Assembly: GCA_965243135.1 (NCBI GenBank)
Contig: OZ251539.1
Coordinates: 5,600,001-5,664,000 of the forward strand
DNA length: 64,000 nt
Direction of reading: 5' to 3'
Origin: Alphaproteobacteria bacterium
GTDB lineage: Bacteria; Pseudomonadota; Alphaproteobacteria; MPNO01; UBA830
Part shown: piece by piece, positions 1 to 10,411 of the stretch
How positions within the stretch are numbered: the first letter of the stretch is position 1
How the letters are laid out: the number at the start of each line of letters is the position of its first letter
The notes under the pieces: model-generated
Told to the model about the DNA's origin: nothing
The model's database searches: none
What the model saw: only the letters and a program-made list of their open reading frames with translations
Position numbers and translations under genes: made by a program

Positions 1-1
1 A

Positions 2-172
2 CAAAAACTTGGCACCAAGCGCATCTTTTCTCTGTACGAAGATTTCCAAAGATGGAATTATAGACGGCAGCTGACGGCAGGTTATTCTGACAAAGACATT
101 CAAGAATATTCAACATCTGAACTCTTGCACGCGATGTTCGAGTGGAGGAAACACGGCAGGCCAAGGAGCTGA
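2..172 (+). CDS. 3' end of a hypothetical protein truncated by the window edge
   Basis: Frame 2 is open from base 2 (QKLGTKRIFSLYEDFQRWNY...EWRKHGRPRS) to TGA 170-172 in AT-rich DNA. Confidence 0.4.
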   Translation, partial: QKLGTKRIFSLYEDFQRWNYRRQLTAGYSDKDIQEYSTSELLHAMFEWRKHGRPRS

Positions 173-648
173 CATTCGTTGTCGATCAAGCATTTGACGA
201 TCAGACCTCTTCGATATCAATAGACAGTCACATAACCAGGAGGGGTGTGGATCTATTTCTGCCAAGCTCCCGTAAGCGTTCGGTCGCGAGGTGACCTGCC
301 TATTCCGGCCCCGATGCAGGGCGGGCGCACGCTGGTTGCATGTTTCCTCAGGCTTTCCGCCCATGGCTTCGAGCGAACCCTGGAGGTTCGATGGCGAAAG
401 TCCGCTTCGCCCTCGACGACCGTTCCCGGCGCTTCGCCCGTGAGTCGCTGAAGTCCCGGGAAGCGCATCAGGCGGGGAACCGGGCACGGGCGAGCCTTTT
501 CACGGTTTCGAAGTGAGCGGAGTCAGGGATCCCGCCCGGTTGCCTTCACCGATTGCAGTTATTATATCAGGCATGCTCAGGAGTGGGGCCGAAAGCAAAG
601 CGGGTCGTGGTGCGTTTCATCGGTGACGGCGTTCTGCGGGAGGGAAAA

Positions 649-765
649 ATGGAAGGGTATCTGCCATATTCAGGTAAGCACTCGATACGGGAGGCGGTGG
701 TTCCCGTTTATTTTTCGGCGGAATTTCTGCCGATTTTATCGGTGGCGTCGTCGTCGATTTCATGA
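649..765 (+). pseudogene. Short remnant, possibly the N-terminus of a TIGR04255-like protein
   Basis: GGAGGG RBS, then MEGYLPYSGKHSIREAVVPVYF, resembling the 'PI.EAV...F' start of that family. Its stop overlaps the next ATG (ATGA). Confidence 0.3.
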
Positions 766-1160
766 AGCTGCGGGACAAGAGCACCGATTGGCGGCCGGTG
801 CCTTCGCCATTAAAACTCTCACCTGCGCATCGATTGCTCAAGAAGCTGGAAGCGCTTCGGGAGACGCCCGAGGAAGAGCGATGGCCGGATTGGCCCGATG
901 CCCAAGCCTTTGAAGATGCGCGCGCATTCGTTTTGCGTCTGCCGTTGACTTCGATTCCGCTTCCCGATATTGGTTTGGCCGATGATGGGGAAGTAAACTT
1001 TCTGTGGAAGGATGGCGGTGTTCATGTCGATCTGGGATTCTATGGAGCGCGTACCTTCTCTTATTTTGCACAAGGTAAAGACGGCAGAAAGATGTACGGT
1101 GAAGAGGCCCGGGTTTCCGAGGGGCTTCCAGCAAAAATTATCGCTTTGCTCTCAGCGTAA
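762..1160 (+). CDS. Hypothetical protein
   Basis: 132 aa low-GC ORF with P-x-I-x(4)-DGEV-x-F-x-W motif, 2 nt from the next ORF. Confidence 0.7.
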   Translation: MKLRDKSTDWRPVPSPLKLSPAHRLLKKLEALRETPEEERWPDWPDAQAFEDARAFVLRLPLTSIPLPDIGLADDGEVNFLWKDGGVHVDLGFYGARTFSYFAQGKDGRKMYGEEARVSEGLPAKIIALLSA

Positions 1161-1162
1161 TT

Positions 1163-1657
1163 TTGATATTCTCTTCCATGCCGCATCTTGACGAGGGCAG
1201 TAGCGCCGCGCCGGATCTCTCGCTTGGACCGGTCAGGGATGAGGAAATCCTTCTTCGGGAAATATTCAATTCCCAACAGATTAAAGATGGAGTGCTCCTT
1301 GAGCGAGCGGTTTTTCCTGAGGACTTGCGATCAAGAGGGTTTTCAGTTCATCGAAAAAAGTACGTTACGGAAGAGTTCATAAGAGCAAGGATAAATGAGC
1401 GCCTTTTGAGACCAAGAAAAGAAGCGCCGTGGGAAGCCGAAAGTGTAGCGACAATCGAAACTTCCAAAGTACGGCAAGTTTGTGTGGATGACAAGCGGGC
1501 ATTCATTGTAATCGATACGGCTAACGAAGACAATCGAGGTCATGCAAGTATCTATGCTGCAAATCGGAAATGCGACAAGGCGCATGCTCGGGAGTTGCGG
1601 AAGCATCTCTTGCCGCTTTTGCGGAAAAGGGAAATGGTGGAGGAAATTTTCAAATGA
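1163..1657 (+). CDS. Hypothetical protein, possible ADP-ribosyltransferase/RES-like fold
   Basis: 164 aa low-GC ORF with LLR...GFSVHR...GHASIY pattern. The start may be the internal ATG (MPHL). Confidence 0.65.
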   Translation: MIFSSMPHLDEGSSAAPDLSLGPVRDEEILLREIFNSQQIKDGVLLERAVFPEDLRSRGFSVHRKKYVTEEFIRARINERLLRPRKEAPWEAESVATIETSKVRQVCVDDKRAFIVIDTANEDNRGHASIYAANRKCDKAHARELRKHLLPLLRKREMVEEIFK

Positions 1658-2327
1658 TAACGAGCTTGGACTGCTTGGTGCATTATCTACAGGTAGAACC
1701 GTCCTTTCGGAAATTGCGCCGTGCATTTGGGAGCGGCCATTGAAGGGGTGAACTGAACGGTTCGGGGCAGCTGTCGGCCGCGATGGACGATTGGCGGCAT
1801 CCCGACGCCCGAAGCCGCAGCACGAGCGATCGGCGGACGTCAACTCCTCCAACTTCGAAACGGCCTGTTGCGTCCGCAAGCGGCTCGTAGGCCTCGCCCG
1901 GTTCTCGAAAGTTTTGAAACGTCCTCAAGGTCAAGCCGTCAGTGGATCATGGAGCGAAGGCGCGGTTTCGGCGAACGTTGATTCCGTGTCGCGAAGAGTC
2001 ACCGGCTCGGGTCCGCCGCCCCCTGACGGCGTGCGACGTTCGCTCCTTTCCCCCGTCTTCCCGGTTTTCGCCGGCCTTGGAACGCTTTTTCTTCCGGGTT
2101 TCGGCTCGGCGGCCAATCTCCTTCTACCCGGCGGAGGACCGCATAGCGTCCGGGGTCGATCCCCGGCGCCGGCAGGCTCGATCCGCTCCTGCGCTGTCCG
2201 TAAGGGGAGCATGCCGCGGGTACGGATTCGAATCGTCACCATATATACTCGATATACTCGCGAGATGGCGACCCGGCCACTCGGCGGAGAGATTTTGAAT
2301 GAACCTCAGGACGCATCGGAGGATGGC

Positions 2328-2966
2328 ATGAGCATGAACGCTGCGCGGGATCTGGCGGATTTCCTGAAAGGGAAGCGTTTCGGTACGATTCTGGCGGATC
2401 CGCCCTGGCGGTTCGCCAACCGCACCGGCAAGGTCGCGCCGGAACATCGTCGCCTCGCGCGCTATCCAACCCTTTCGGTCGAGGAAATATGCTCCCTTCC
2501 GATTGCGGACCACCTCAAGGAGGTCGCGCACTGCTACCTTTGGGTGCCGAACGCCTTGCTGCCGGATGGGCTGGAGGTGCTGAGCGGATGGGGGTTCGAG
2601 TACAAGACGAACCTGATCTGGCACAAGGTCCGCATGGATGGCGGGTCGGACGGACGGGGCGTCGGCTTTTATTTCCGCAATGTCACGGAAATGGTCCTTT
2701 TCGGGGTTCGCGGCAAGGGAGCGAGGACGCTTTCCCCCGGGCGCCGTCAGGTCAATCTTTTCGCCAGCCGCAAGCGCGAGCATTCGCGCAAGCCGGACGA
2801 GCAGTATTCGATCATCGAGGGTTGCAGCAGGTCCCCCTATCTCGAACTGTTCGGGCGCGGCAAGCGTCCGAATTGGACCGTCTGGGGCAATCAGGCGAGC
2901 GACGAATATGCGCCGACGTGGAGCACCTACCGTTACAATTCCGGCAATTCGCGGCCGACCGCGTGA
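2328..2966 (+). CDS. MT-A70 family adenine methyltransferase
   Basis: GGAGG RBS, ILADPPW catalytic motif, HSRKP, YLELFGR. Confidence 0.93.
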   Translation: MSMNAARDLADFLKGKRFGTILADPPWRFANRTGKVAPEHRRLARYPTLSVEEICSLPIADHLKEVAHCYLWVPNALLPDGLEVLSGWGFEYKTNLIWHKVRMDGGSDGRGVGFYFRNVTEMVLFGVRGKGARTLSPGRRQVNLFASRKREHSRKPDEQYSIIEGCSRSPYLELFGRGKRPNWTVWGNQASDEYAPTWSTYRYNSGNSRPTA

Positions 2967-3655
2967 GCGTTGCCGATCTTGTGCAGGCAGGGTTCGACAC
3001 CGACGTTCGCAATCACGCACGGGCTATCCTCGAGCAGGATTTTCGCGAGCCGCTTGCGGAATTTTGCGGCGCGTTGCTGTCGGCGGAGGTCGGCGCGGTC
3101 GAGTTGATCAGGGGCGGCGGAGGCGAAGCGGGCTTGAGCCAGAGATTGCGCCGCGACCTGACGGAGCGGGGATGGCGCAAGCGGAGGATCCGCAAGATCG
3201 TGGACGACGACGAGAGGTCTACGCACGAAATCGACCATGTGAGGGAGACGGAGCGCGGTGCCGTGGCTCCGGAGATCGAGTGGAACGACAAGGATCCCTT
3301 CTTCGACCGCGATCTCGAGAACTTCCATCGGCTTCATGCCGAGGGAGCGGTCAGCGTGGGCGTCCCGCGGCGCTTCATTGCAGACGAATATGCGGCGGAT
3401 GACTGGGCGGAAGGCAACGCTGCGAGCGGATTCGACGATCTTCGCGAATTCGACGTGACGCCGACGGATAGGCAGCGCCGGAAGGTCGATGACGCGCACA
3501 GGCCGGTCGTTTGTCGATGCATGATGTTCGTGGGCGACAAATTCGGCGCCGCGACGACGCATTGGACGAAACTGCAAGACCGTCTGGCAAGAGGAGTCGG
3601 AACTCCCTGCCCTCTGTTCCTCGTCGGGATTCCCGCGAACGTCGTCAACAGGTAG
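2963..3655 (+). pseudogene. BglII/BstYI-family type II restriction endonuclease, probably damaged
   Basis: THEIDHV, EIEWNDKDPFFDRDL and KFGAATTHW motifs; GTGA overlap with the methylase. The expected RGASLQTNMRRM segment lies in another frame (about 3365-3400). Confidence 0.75.
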
Positions 3656-3837
3656 GCATGGGACGGACTGGCGTTCTCTACGGGATGAGCGAGCGGCGTT
3701 CGGATTCGAGGCGAGCCGATTGGCCGTGCGCATTCGCTCAGCGATGCTCGGCTCGTCGGGCTTCGGAGGATTCAAGGGACCGATACCGGAATGCGGCGTC
3801 GCACCTGCGGGAGCGTTTTCAGCGAGGATGATCGCGA

Positions 3838-4617
3838 GTGAGCTACGAAACCATACTTTACCAAGAGGACGGCCCTGTCGGCACGGTCACGCTCAACCGG
3901 CCGGAAGACGGGAACATGTTCACCGAGCGGATGTGCCACGAGATTCGCGATTGCCTGAACGGCGTTCGCCGCGAAACCCGCACCCGCGTCGCGGTGATCA
4001 CGGGCGCCGGCGACCGGTTTTTCTGCATCGGCGGCCGCAAGGACGGAATGCCGGATACGAAGCTGTATGCCGGCGTGCTGCCGACGCTCGAGATGTACGA
4101 AGCCATCGACCGGCTGCAGAAGCCGGTGATCGCCAGCGTCAACGGTTACGCGGTCGGCGGCGGCAACGTGCTGCAGATGGTCTGCGACCTCACCATCGCC
4201 AAGGAGAGCGCGGTGTTCCGTCAGGTCGGCCCGATGATGGGATCCTTCGACGCCGGTTACGGCACCTGGTATCTCGAAGACCTCGTCGGGAAGAAGAAGG
4301 CCAAGGAGATGTGGTACTGCAACGTCAGGATCAAGGCCGCCGAAGCCCTCGAAATCGGTCTGGTCAATCGCGTCGTGCCCGACGACGAACTGGCGGAGGC
4401 GACGCGGGCGTTCGCGCTGGAGGTCGCCGACAGAGGCGCGTTCGCGCTGGCTTCCATCAAGGGGGCGTTCAACGCGCGCCACGGCGGCGTCGGCGGTCTG
4501 GCTCGCCTCGCCCACGACCTGCTGCTGCGCGGCTACCTCGACAGCGAGGAGGCGAAGGAACTGAGCGCCGCCTTCGGCGAACGCCGCCGACCCGACCCCG
4601 GCAAGTTCGGTCGCTGA
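3838..4617 (+). CDS. Crotonase family, MenB/BadI-like ring hydrolase or synthase
   Basis: GYAVGGGNVL and QVGPMMGSFDAGYGT motifs of the MenB/BadI clade. Confidence 0.85.
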   Translation: MSYETILYQEDGPVGTVTLNRPEDGNMFTERMCHEIRDCLNGVRRETRTRVAVITGAGDRFFCIGGRKDGMPDTKLYAGVLPTLEMYEAIDRLQKPVIASVNGYAVGGGNVLQMVCDLTIAKESAVFRQVGPMMGSFDAGYGTWYLEDLVGKKKAKEMWYCNVRIKAAEALEIGLVNRVVPDDELAEATRAFALEVADRGAFALASIKGAFNARHGGVGGLARLAHDLLLRGYLDSEEAKELSAAFGERRRPDPGKFGR

Positions 4618-4620
4618 GCG

Positions 4621-6237
4621 GTGCGGCCGTTTCTCACCCTGCACGACCCCGCCCGCGCCGCAGCCTATTACGAAAAGGGCCTCTGGACCGGCGACACGTT
4701 CTACGGCCTGATGGCGCGCCACGCCGCGGAACGCCCGGACGCGACCGCCTATCGCGACGGCGCGGCGGCGCTGACCTGGCGCGAGCTCGCCGAACGGGTG
4801 GACGCGCTCGCCGCCGAATTCCTCGCCCTCGGCCTCGTGCCGGGCGATCGCGTCTCGATCTGGATGTCGAACCGCGTGGAGCCGGTGATTGCCTTTCTCG
4901 CCTGTTCGCGCGGCGGTCACACCGTCAACCCGTCGCTTCACCGGACCCATACTTGCGCCGAGATCGGCGCGCTGCTTCGCCGGCTCGATACGGCGGTGCT
5001 GATCGCGGAGCCCGGCTGGGGCGCTGACCGCGGCGGCGGCAATCTCGAAGCGGAGATCGCGAATCTGCCCGGTTTGCGCGCCGTCCTGACGCCCGCTTCG
5101 TTTCCCGTATCCGGCCGGACGCCCGCCCGACCGCCGTTCGAAGATCCCGACGGCGTCGCCTATCTCGCCTTCACCTCCGGGACGACCGGGCCGCCCAAAT
5201 GCGTCATGCACTCCGCCAATACGCTGATGTCGAATCCGCGCGACATGGCGCGCGACTGGAAGCTCGGCGCCGACGCGCGCATCCTGACGCTGAGCCCGCT
5301 CTCGCACCACATCGCCTGGGTGGCGTTCAGCGAGTGGCTGATCTGCGGGGGCCAGTTGATCGTCGATGCGCCGCCTGCGGGCATGAGCAGGCTCGACTGG
5401 ATCGTCGAGACCGGCGCGACCTACGTCATGGGCGTGCCGACGCACGCGATGGACGTTCTCGCCGCGCAACGCGCGGCGGGGCTGGACCGGCTCGGCGACG
5501 TGCGGACGTTCTACATGGCCGGCGCGCCGATACCGCCGGTCGTGTGCGAGGCTCTCGTCGGCCAGGGCATCAAGCCGCAGAACGTCTACGGCATGACCGA
5601 GAACTCGTCGCATCAGTACACGCATCCGGACGACGATCCGTACGTGTGGACGCGCACCTGCGGCCGCGGCGGTCCGGCCTACGAGGTGAGGATCGTCGAC
5701 GCCGAGGATCCCGACCGGCCTGCCGCGCCCGGCGATGTCGGCCAGATCGCCGGACGGGGCGCCGCGCTGATGCTGGGGTACTTCGGGAACCAGGAGGCGA
5801 CCCAGGAGAGCTTCAATCGCGACGGCTGGTTTCTGTCGGGGGATCTCGGCCGCCTCGACGAGAACGGCAACCTGCACGTCGAGGGGCGGCTCAAGGACCT
5901 CATCATCCGCGGCGGGCACAACATCTACCCGGCGCATATCGAGGCGCTGGCGCTGCGCGACCCGGCCGTCGAAGCGGCCGCCGCCTTCCCGGTGCCCGAC
6001 GAGCGCCTGGGCGAGCGGGTCTGCCTCGCGGTGATCGGGGAGGTCGCGCCGGACCGCCTGCTTCGGCATCTGGATGCGCAAGGCCTTTCCAAATACGATA
6101 TGCCGGAGTACTTCGCGCGGATCGACGGTTTCCCGCTGACGGCGAGCGGCAAGATCCTCAAGCGCGAACTGATCGAAATGCACCGGCGCGGCGAGATCGA
6201 GCCCGTGCCGGTGCGCTTCCGGGAGACCGTTCGATGA
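4621..6237 (+). CDS. Acyl-CoA ligase (AliA-like, class I adenylate-forming)
   Basis: FTSGTTGPPK, YGMTE, GDLG, GRLKDLIIRGG, TASGKI motifs. Confidence 0.93.
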   Translation: MRPFLTLHDPARAAAYYEKGLWTGDTFYGLMARHAAERPDATAYRDGAAALTWRELAERVDALAAEFLALGLVPGDRVSIWMSNRVEPVIAFLACSRGGHTVNPSLHRTHTCAEIGALLRRLDTAVLIAEPGWGADRGGGNLEAEIANLPGLRAVLTPASFPVSGRTPARPPFEDPDGVAYLAFTSGTTGPPKCVMHSANTLMSNPRDMARDWKLGADARILTLSPLSHHIAWVAFSEWLICGGQLIVDAPPAGMSRLDWIVETGATYVMGVPTHAMDVLAAQRAAGLDRLGDVRTFYMAGAPIPPVVCEALVGQGIKPQNVYGMTENSSHQYTHPDDDPYVWTRTCGRGGPAYEVRIVDAEDPDRPAAPGDVGQIAGRGAALMLGYFGNQEATQESFNRDGWFLSGDLGRLDENGNLHVEGRLKDLIIRGGHNIYPAHIEALALRDPAVEAAAAFPVPDERLGERVCLAVIGEVAPDRLLRHLDAQGLSKYDMPEYFARIDGFPLTASGKILKRELIEMHRRGEIEPVPVRFRETVR

Positions 6238-6995
6238 CGGTGGAATTCGGCAGGCGCGGCGACGTCGCGACGATCGTCCTCGATCGTCCGGAACGGCTCA
6301 ACGCGCTGAGCTTCGATCTGCTCGGGCGTCTGGACGAGACCCTCGACCGCGCGTCGGACGCGCGGGCGGTCGTCGTGACCGGCGCCGGCGGCAGGGCGTT
6401 CTGCGCCGGCGCCGACATCGGCGAACTGCGCCGCCGAACGCTGGCGGAGCAGCGGCGCGGCATCGAGCTCGGCCAGAAGATCTTCTCGAAGCTGAGCGCG
6501 CTGCCCGCGCCTTCGGTGGCCGTGATCAACGGACACGCCTACGGCGGCGGGCTGGAGCTCGCGCTCGCCTGCACGTTCCGGCTGGCGCTGCCGAACGCGA
6601 GGATGGGCCTGCCGGAAATCAAGCTCGGCCTGATCCCGGGCTACGGCGGCACCCAGAGGTTGCCGCGCATCGTCGGCGAGGCGCGGGCGCTGGAAATGAT
6701 CATGACGGGCCGCGCGGTGGACGCCGGAGAGGCCGAGCGGATCGGGCTGGTGTCGGGCGTCGTCGAAGGCGATCCCATAGAGGAAGGCGTCGCGTTCGCC
6801 CACCGCTTCGCGCGCTACAGCCTGCCCGTCCTGGAGTTCGCCCGGCAGGCGGTGACGCGGGCGCTCGATACGCCGTTGAACGAAGGGCTGAAAATCGAGG
6901 CCGATCTCGCGGCCCTGGCCTACCGCACGGCGGATGCCGAGGAGGGCATGGCGGCGTTCGAGGAAAAGCGCGAGCCGGAGTTCAACGATGCCTGA
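6234..6995 (+). CDS. Enoyl-CoA hydratase
   Basis: AFCAGADI, GGGLEL, GLPEIKLGLIPGYGGTQRL; ATGA overlap. Confidence 0.93.
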   Translation: MTVEFGRRGDVATIVLDRPERLNALSFDLLGRLDETLDRASDARAVVVTGAGGRAFCAGADIGELRRRTLAEQRRGIELGQKIFSKLSALPAPSVAVINGHAYGGGLELALACTFRLALPNARMGLPEIKLGLIPGYGGTQRLPRIVGEARALEMIMTGRAVDAGEAERIGLVSGVVEGDPIEEGVAFAHRFARYSLPVLEFARQAVTRALDTPLNEGLKIEADLAALAYRTADAEEGMAAFEEKREPEFNDA

Positions 6996-7698
6996 GACGC
7001 GCGGCCAGGTCGTCGTCACCGGCGGCAGCCGCGGGATCGGCGCCGCCATCGCGACCGCCCTCGACGAAGCGGGTTACGAGGCCGTATCGGTGTCCCGTTC
7101 GGGCGACGCTCCCGCGGGACGCGGCCTTCGCTGCGACCTGACGGACGAGGCGGCGCTCCGGCGCGCCTTCGCCGCGATCGGCGAAAGCGGCCCGGTCGCC
7201 GGACTCGTCAACAACGCCGGGGTTCACGCGACGCAAAAGAGCGCCGAACTGACGCTCGAAGCCTACGAGGACGTGATGGCGCTCAACGCCACCGCGGTCG
7301 CGCTCGCCTCGCGGGAGGCGTATCCGCATCTCAGGGCGACCCGCGGCGCGATCGTCAACATCGGATCGTTCTTCGACAAGATGGGCGTGCCGGACAATCT
7401 CGCCTATTGCGCGTCCAAGGCGGCGGTCGGCGCGATTACGCGCTGCCTCGCCGTCGAATGGGCGAAGGACGGCATCCGCGTCATCAACGTGGCGCCGGGC
7501 TACATCGAGACGGATCTCAACCGCGGATACCTGGCACGCGACGACGTGCGCCGCTGGCTTGGCGGGCGCATACCCACCGGCGGCCCGGGCTCCCCCCGGG
7601 ACGTGGCGGCGCTGGTCGTCAGCCTCGTGACCGGAGATATTCCGTTCCTCACGGGAGAGACGATCTACATCGACGGCGGCCAGGGAATGAACCATTGA
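6988..7698 (+). CDS. SDR family oxidoreductase
   Basis: TGGSRGIG, NNAG, YCASK. Confidence 0.93.
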   Translation: MPETRGQVVVTGGSRGIGAAIATALDEAGYEAVSVSRSGDAPAGRGLRCDLTDEAALRRAFAAIGESGPVAGLVNNAGVHATQKSAELTLEAYEDVMALNATAVALASREAYPHLRATRGAIVNIGSFFDKMGVPDNLAYCASKAAVGAITRCLAVEWAKDGIRVINVAPGYIETDLNRGYLARDDVRRWLGGRIPTGGPGSPRDVAALVVSLVTGDIPFLTGETIYIDGGQGMNH

Positions 7699-7744
7699 TC
7701 CCGCTCCCCCGCTCGGGACAGCCCCGGAACGCGGCAGGTCGCCC

Positions 7745-8911
7745 GTGAAGCTCTTCGAGCGGATAGAACGCCGCCGGAACTGGTCGGAGGACGAACGGGC
7801 CATGCTGGATCAGGTCCGCCGCGTTGCCGACAAGGAAATCGCGCCCGCCGCCGCGGAGTTCGACCGGACCGGGACGTTTCCGTGGAAGAACGTCGACGCC
7901 CTCAATCGCCTGGGCATGAACGCCATCTTCGTGCCGGAAGCCTATGGCGGCGCGCCGGCCGGCTATCGGCTGTACCTCGAATGCGTCAGCATCGTCTCGG
8001 AAGCCTGCGCTTCGACCGGCATCGTCTACGCCACCAACTATCACGCCATGGGCCCCGTCGTCGATCACGGCTCCGAGGAGCAGAAGGCGCGGCTGCTGCC
8101 GCGCATCGCCGTCGGCGGAATCGCTTCGCTGGCCATCACCGAACCGTCCGCCGGTTCGGACGCGACCGGGATGAAGACCAGGTTCGCGCCGGACGGCGAC
8201 GAGATCGTCATCGACGGCGGCAAGTCGTTCATCACCAGCGGCGACGTGGCGGACCTCGTCCTGCTTTTCGGCAAGTGGTCGGAAATCCCGGACGCGCGCG
8301 CCGCGCTTTCGGCGGTCGTCGTGGAGAAGGGGACGCCCGGATTCGAGGCGTCGCCCAAGGAGGAGAAGATGGGCCACCGGGCGTCGTCCACGGCGGCGCT
8401 GTCGTTTTCCGGCTGCCGGGTTCCGCGCGCCAATCTCGTCGGCGAGCCCGGCGGCGGCCTTCCGCTTCTGCTCGCCTCGCTCAACAAATCCCGTCCCAGC
8501 ATCGCCGCGCATGCCCGCGGCATCGCCCGCGCCGCTTTCGCCGACATGATCGCCTACATGAACGAGCGCGAGCAGTCGGGCCGCAAGATCATCGAGTTTC
8601 AGGGAAACCAGTTCGCCGTCGCGGATCTGGCGGGGGAACTCGCCGTGCTGGAAACGTGGATCGACCACGTGGGCGGGCTGGTCGAGGCCGGTTTCGACGA
8701 CATCGGCGTCGAGGCTTCCGTGGCCAAGCTGCGCGCCTCCGATCTCGCCATGCGCATGACCACCGAAGCCGTGCAAATGCACGGAGGTTACGGATATTGC
8801 GCCGATTACCGGGTGGAAAGGCTGATGCGCGACGCGAAGATCACGCAGATCTGGGAAGGCACGAACCAGATCCACAGGCAATTCATAGGCAGGAGTTTCC
8901 GCAGCAAATGA
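7745..8911 (+). CDS. Acyl-CoA dehydrogenase
   Basis: ITEPSAGSD, QMHGGYGY, QIWEGTNQI. Confidence 0.95.
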   Translation: MKLFERIERRRNWSEDERAMLDQVRRVADKEIAPAAAEFDRTGTFPWKNVDALNRLGMNAIFVPEAYGGAPAGYRLYLECVSIVSEACASTGIVYATNYHAMGPVVDHGSEEQKARLLPRIAVGGIASLAITEPSAGSDATGMKTRFAPDGDEIVIDGGKSFITSGDVADLVLLFGKWSEIPDARAALSAVVVEKGTPGFEASPKEEKMGHRASSTAALSFSGCRVPRANLVGEPGGGLPLLLASLNKSRPSIAAHARGIARAAFADMIAYMNEREQSGRKIIEFQGNQFAVADLAGELAVLETWIDHVGGLVEAGFDDIGVEASVAKLRASDLAMRMTTEAVQMHGGYGYCADYRVERLMRDAKITQIWEGTNQIHRQFIGRSFRSK

Positions 8912-9777
8912 ACGGGCGGATCGAGACCGTGGGCGTCTGCGGCGCCGGCGGCACGATGGGAGCCGGCATCGCGATCGTCGCGGCGCGGGCGGGGTATCGA
9001 ACCGTCTGCCACGACGTCGTCGCCGCCGCGCTCGAACGCGCCCGCGGCGAAGCCGCCCGCTTCTTCGAAGGATCGGTGGAACGCGGCAGGATGACGCCCG
9101 CCGAGCGCGACGCGGCGATGTCGCGTCTCGTTCCCGCGGACGATCCGGGCGGGTTGGCGGAATGCGACCTCGTGATCGAGGCGGTGTTCGAGGATCTGGA
9201 GGCGAAGCGCGGACTGTTCCGCGAACTCGACGCCGTATGCAAGAGCCAGGCGATTTTCGCGTCCAACACGTCGACCCTGTCGATCGCGGAAATCGCGTCC
9301 GGCTGCGGCCGCGAGGATCGCGTGGTCGGCATGCATTTTTGCTTGCCGGCGCAGTTGATGAAGCTGATCGAGATGTCGCCGGGCCTCAACACGTCGTCCG
9401 AAACCTTCGACGCCGCCTGGGCCTGGGCGGAAGCGGCGGGACAGTTTCCGGTCAGGACGCAGGACCGGCCCGGCTTCATCCTCAACGCGCTGCTGGTGCC
9501 GTTCAACAACGACTGCATTCGCGCGGTCGAGGCCGGGGTGGCGGAGCCGGCCGCGATCGACGCCGCCGTCAAGGCGGGGCTGGGCTACAGGATGGGACCG
9601 TTGGAACTCGTCGACATGATCGGACTCGACACCCAGATCCGCCTGTCGGAAGCGTTTTACCCGATCACGCTGGATCAACGCGCCGCCGCGCCGCCTCTGT
9701 TGCGCCGGATGGTCGCGGCCGGACGTCTCGGGCGCAAATCGGGACGGGGTTTTTTCGAATACGGCGGCGGAGGCTGA
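8908..9777 (+). CDS. 3-hydroxyacyl-CoA dehydrogenase
   Basis: GAGGTMG, EAVFED, SNTS, GMHF, GRKSGRGFF. Confidence 0.93.
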   Translation: MNGRIETVGVCGAGGTMGAGIAIVAARAGYRTVCHDVVAAALERARGEAARFFEGSVERGRMTPAERDAAMSRLVPADDPGGLAECDLVIEAVFEDLEAKRGLFRELDAVCKSQAIFASNTSTLSIAEIASGCGREDRVVGMHFCLPAQLMKLIEMSPGLNTSSETFDAAWAWAEAAGQFPVRTQDRPGFILNALLVPFNNDCIRAVEAGVAEPAAIDAAVKAGLGYRMGPLELVDMIGLDTQIRLSEAFYPITLDQRAAAPPLLRRMVAAGRLGRKSGRGFFEYGGGG

Positions 9778-9781
9778 CCGC

Positions 9782-10411
9782 ATGGCTTATGAAATCAGGC
9801 GATCGGGCGAAAGCCGGTCGTTCCCCCCGGGGGATCCCTTCCTGGCCGGCGCGGGGAAGGACGGCGACATTCTGCTGCTGCTCGGGAAACCGGAGGGAAC
9901 TGCGGCCGCGGATCCGTCCCGCGTCGCGGTTCTGGTGGAGCTCGGGACCGAATGCCTCGGCGTCCATACCGGAGAGCGGGCGGGCGAGGAAGGATCGAAC
10001 GTGCTTGGGTTCGCGCGTTACCGCAACGGCGACGATCCGCCGTCGCCTTTGATCGAGCTGGTCACGCAGCCTCGCAGCGATGCCGGAGCGATCGCGGCCG
10101 CTCGGGATTTGTTCGAGGCGGCCGGGTTGACGGTCGCCGTCTGCGGCGACCAGCCGGGACGGATCGTCGATCGGCTGGTTCGCCCGAAATACAACGCGGC
10201 GTTGCGTTTTCTCGACGAAGGGCTGGCGACCGCGAGCGACCTGGACATGACCTGCCGCATGGGGCTCGGCTATCCGGACGGCCCGATCGAGCGCGTGGAG
10301 CGCGGCGGGCTCGCGCGCCACTGCGACGTTACGCGCGCCCTGTTCGAGGTCTTCGGCGCGCCGGGCTACGCGCCGGCGCGGCGCGCAATCGTCGCCAGGG
10401 AGCGCGAGTGA
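9782..10411 (+). CDS. 3-hydroxyacyl-CoA dehydrogenase C-terminal-domain protein
   Basis: DQPGRIVDRL, DLDMTCRMGLGYPDGP; no NAD-binding glycine motif. Confidence 0.8.
   Translation: MAYEIRRSGESRSFPPGDPFLAGAGKDGDILLLLGKPEGTAAADPSRVAVLVELGTECLGVHTGERAGEEGSNVLGFARYRNGDDPPSPLIELVTQPRSDAGAIAAARDLFEAAGLTVAVCGDQPGRIVDRLVRPKYNAALRFLDEGLATASDLDMTCRMGLGYPDGPIERVERGGLARHCDVTRALFEVFGAPGYAPARRAIVARERE

Noticed and set aside
1683-2200. N-terminal extension of MT-A70 or a methylase remnant
   Set aside because: Low-complexity translation; a good RBS supports the start at 2328.
3838-4617. menB (menaquinone synthesis)
   Set aside because: No other men genes are present, the context is catabolic, and the oxyanion-loop motif is altered.
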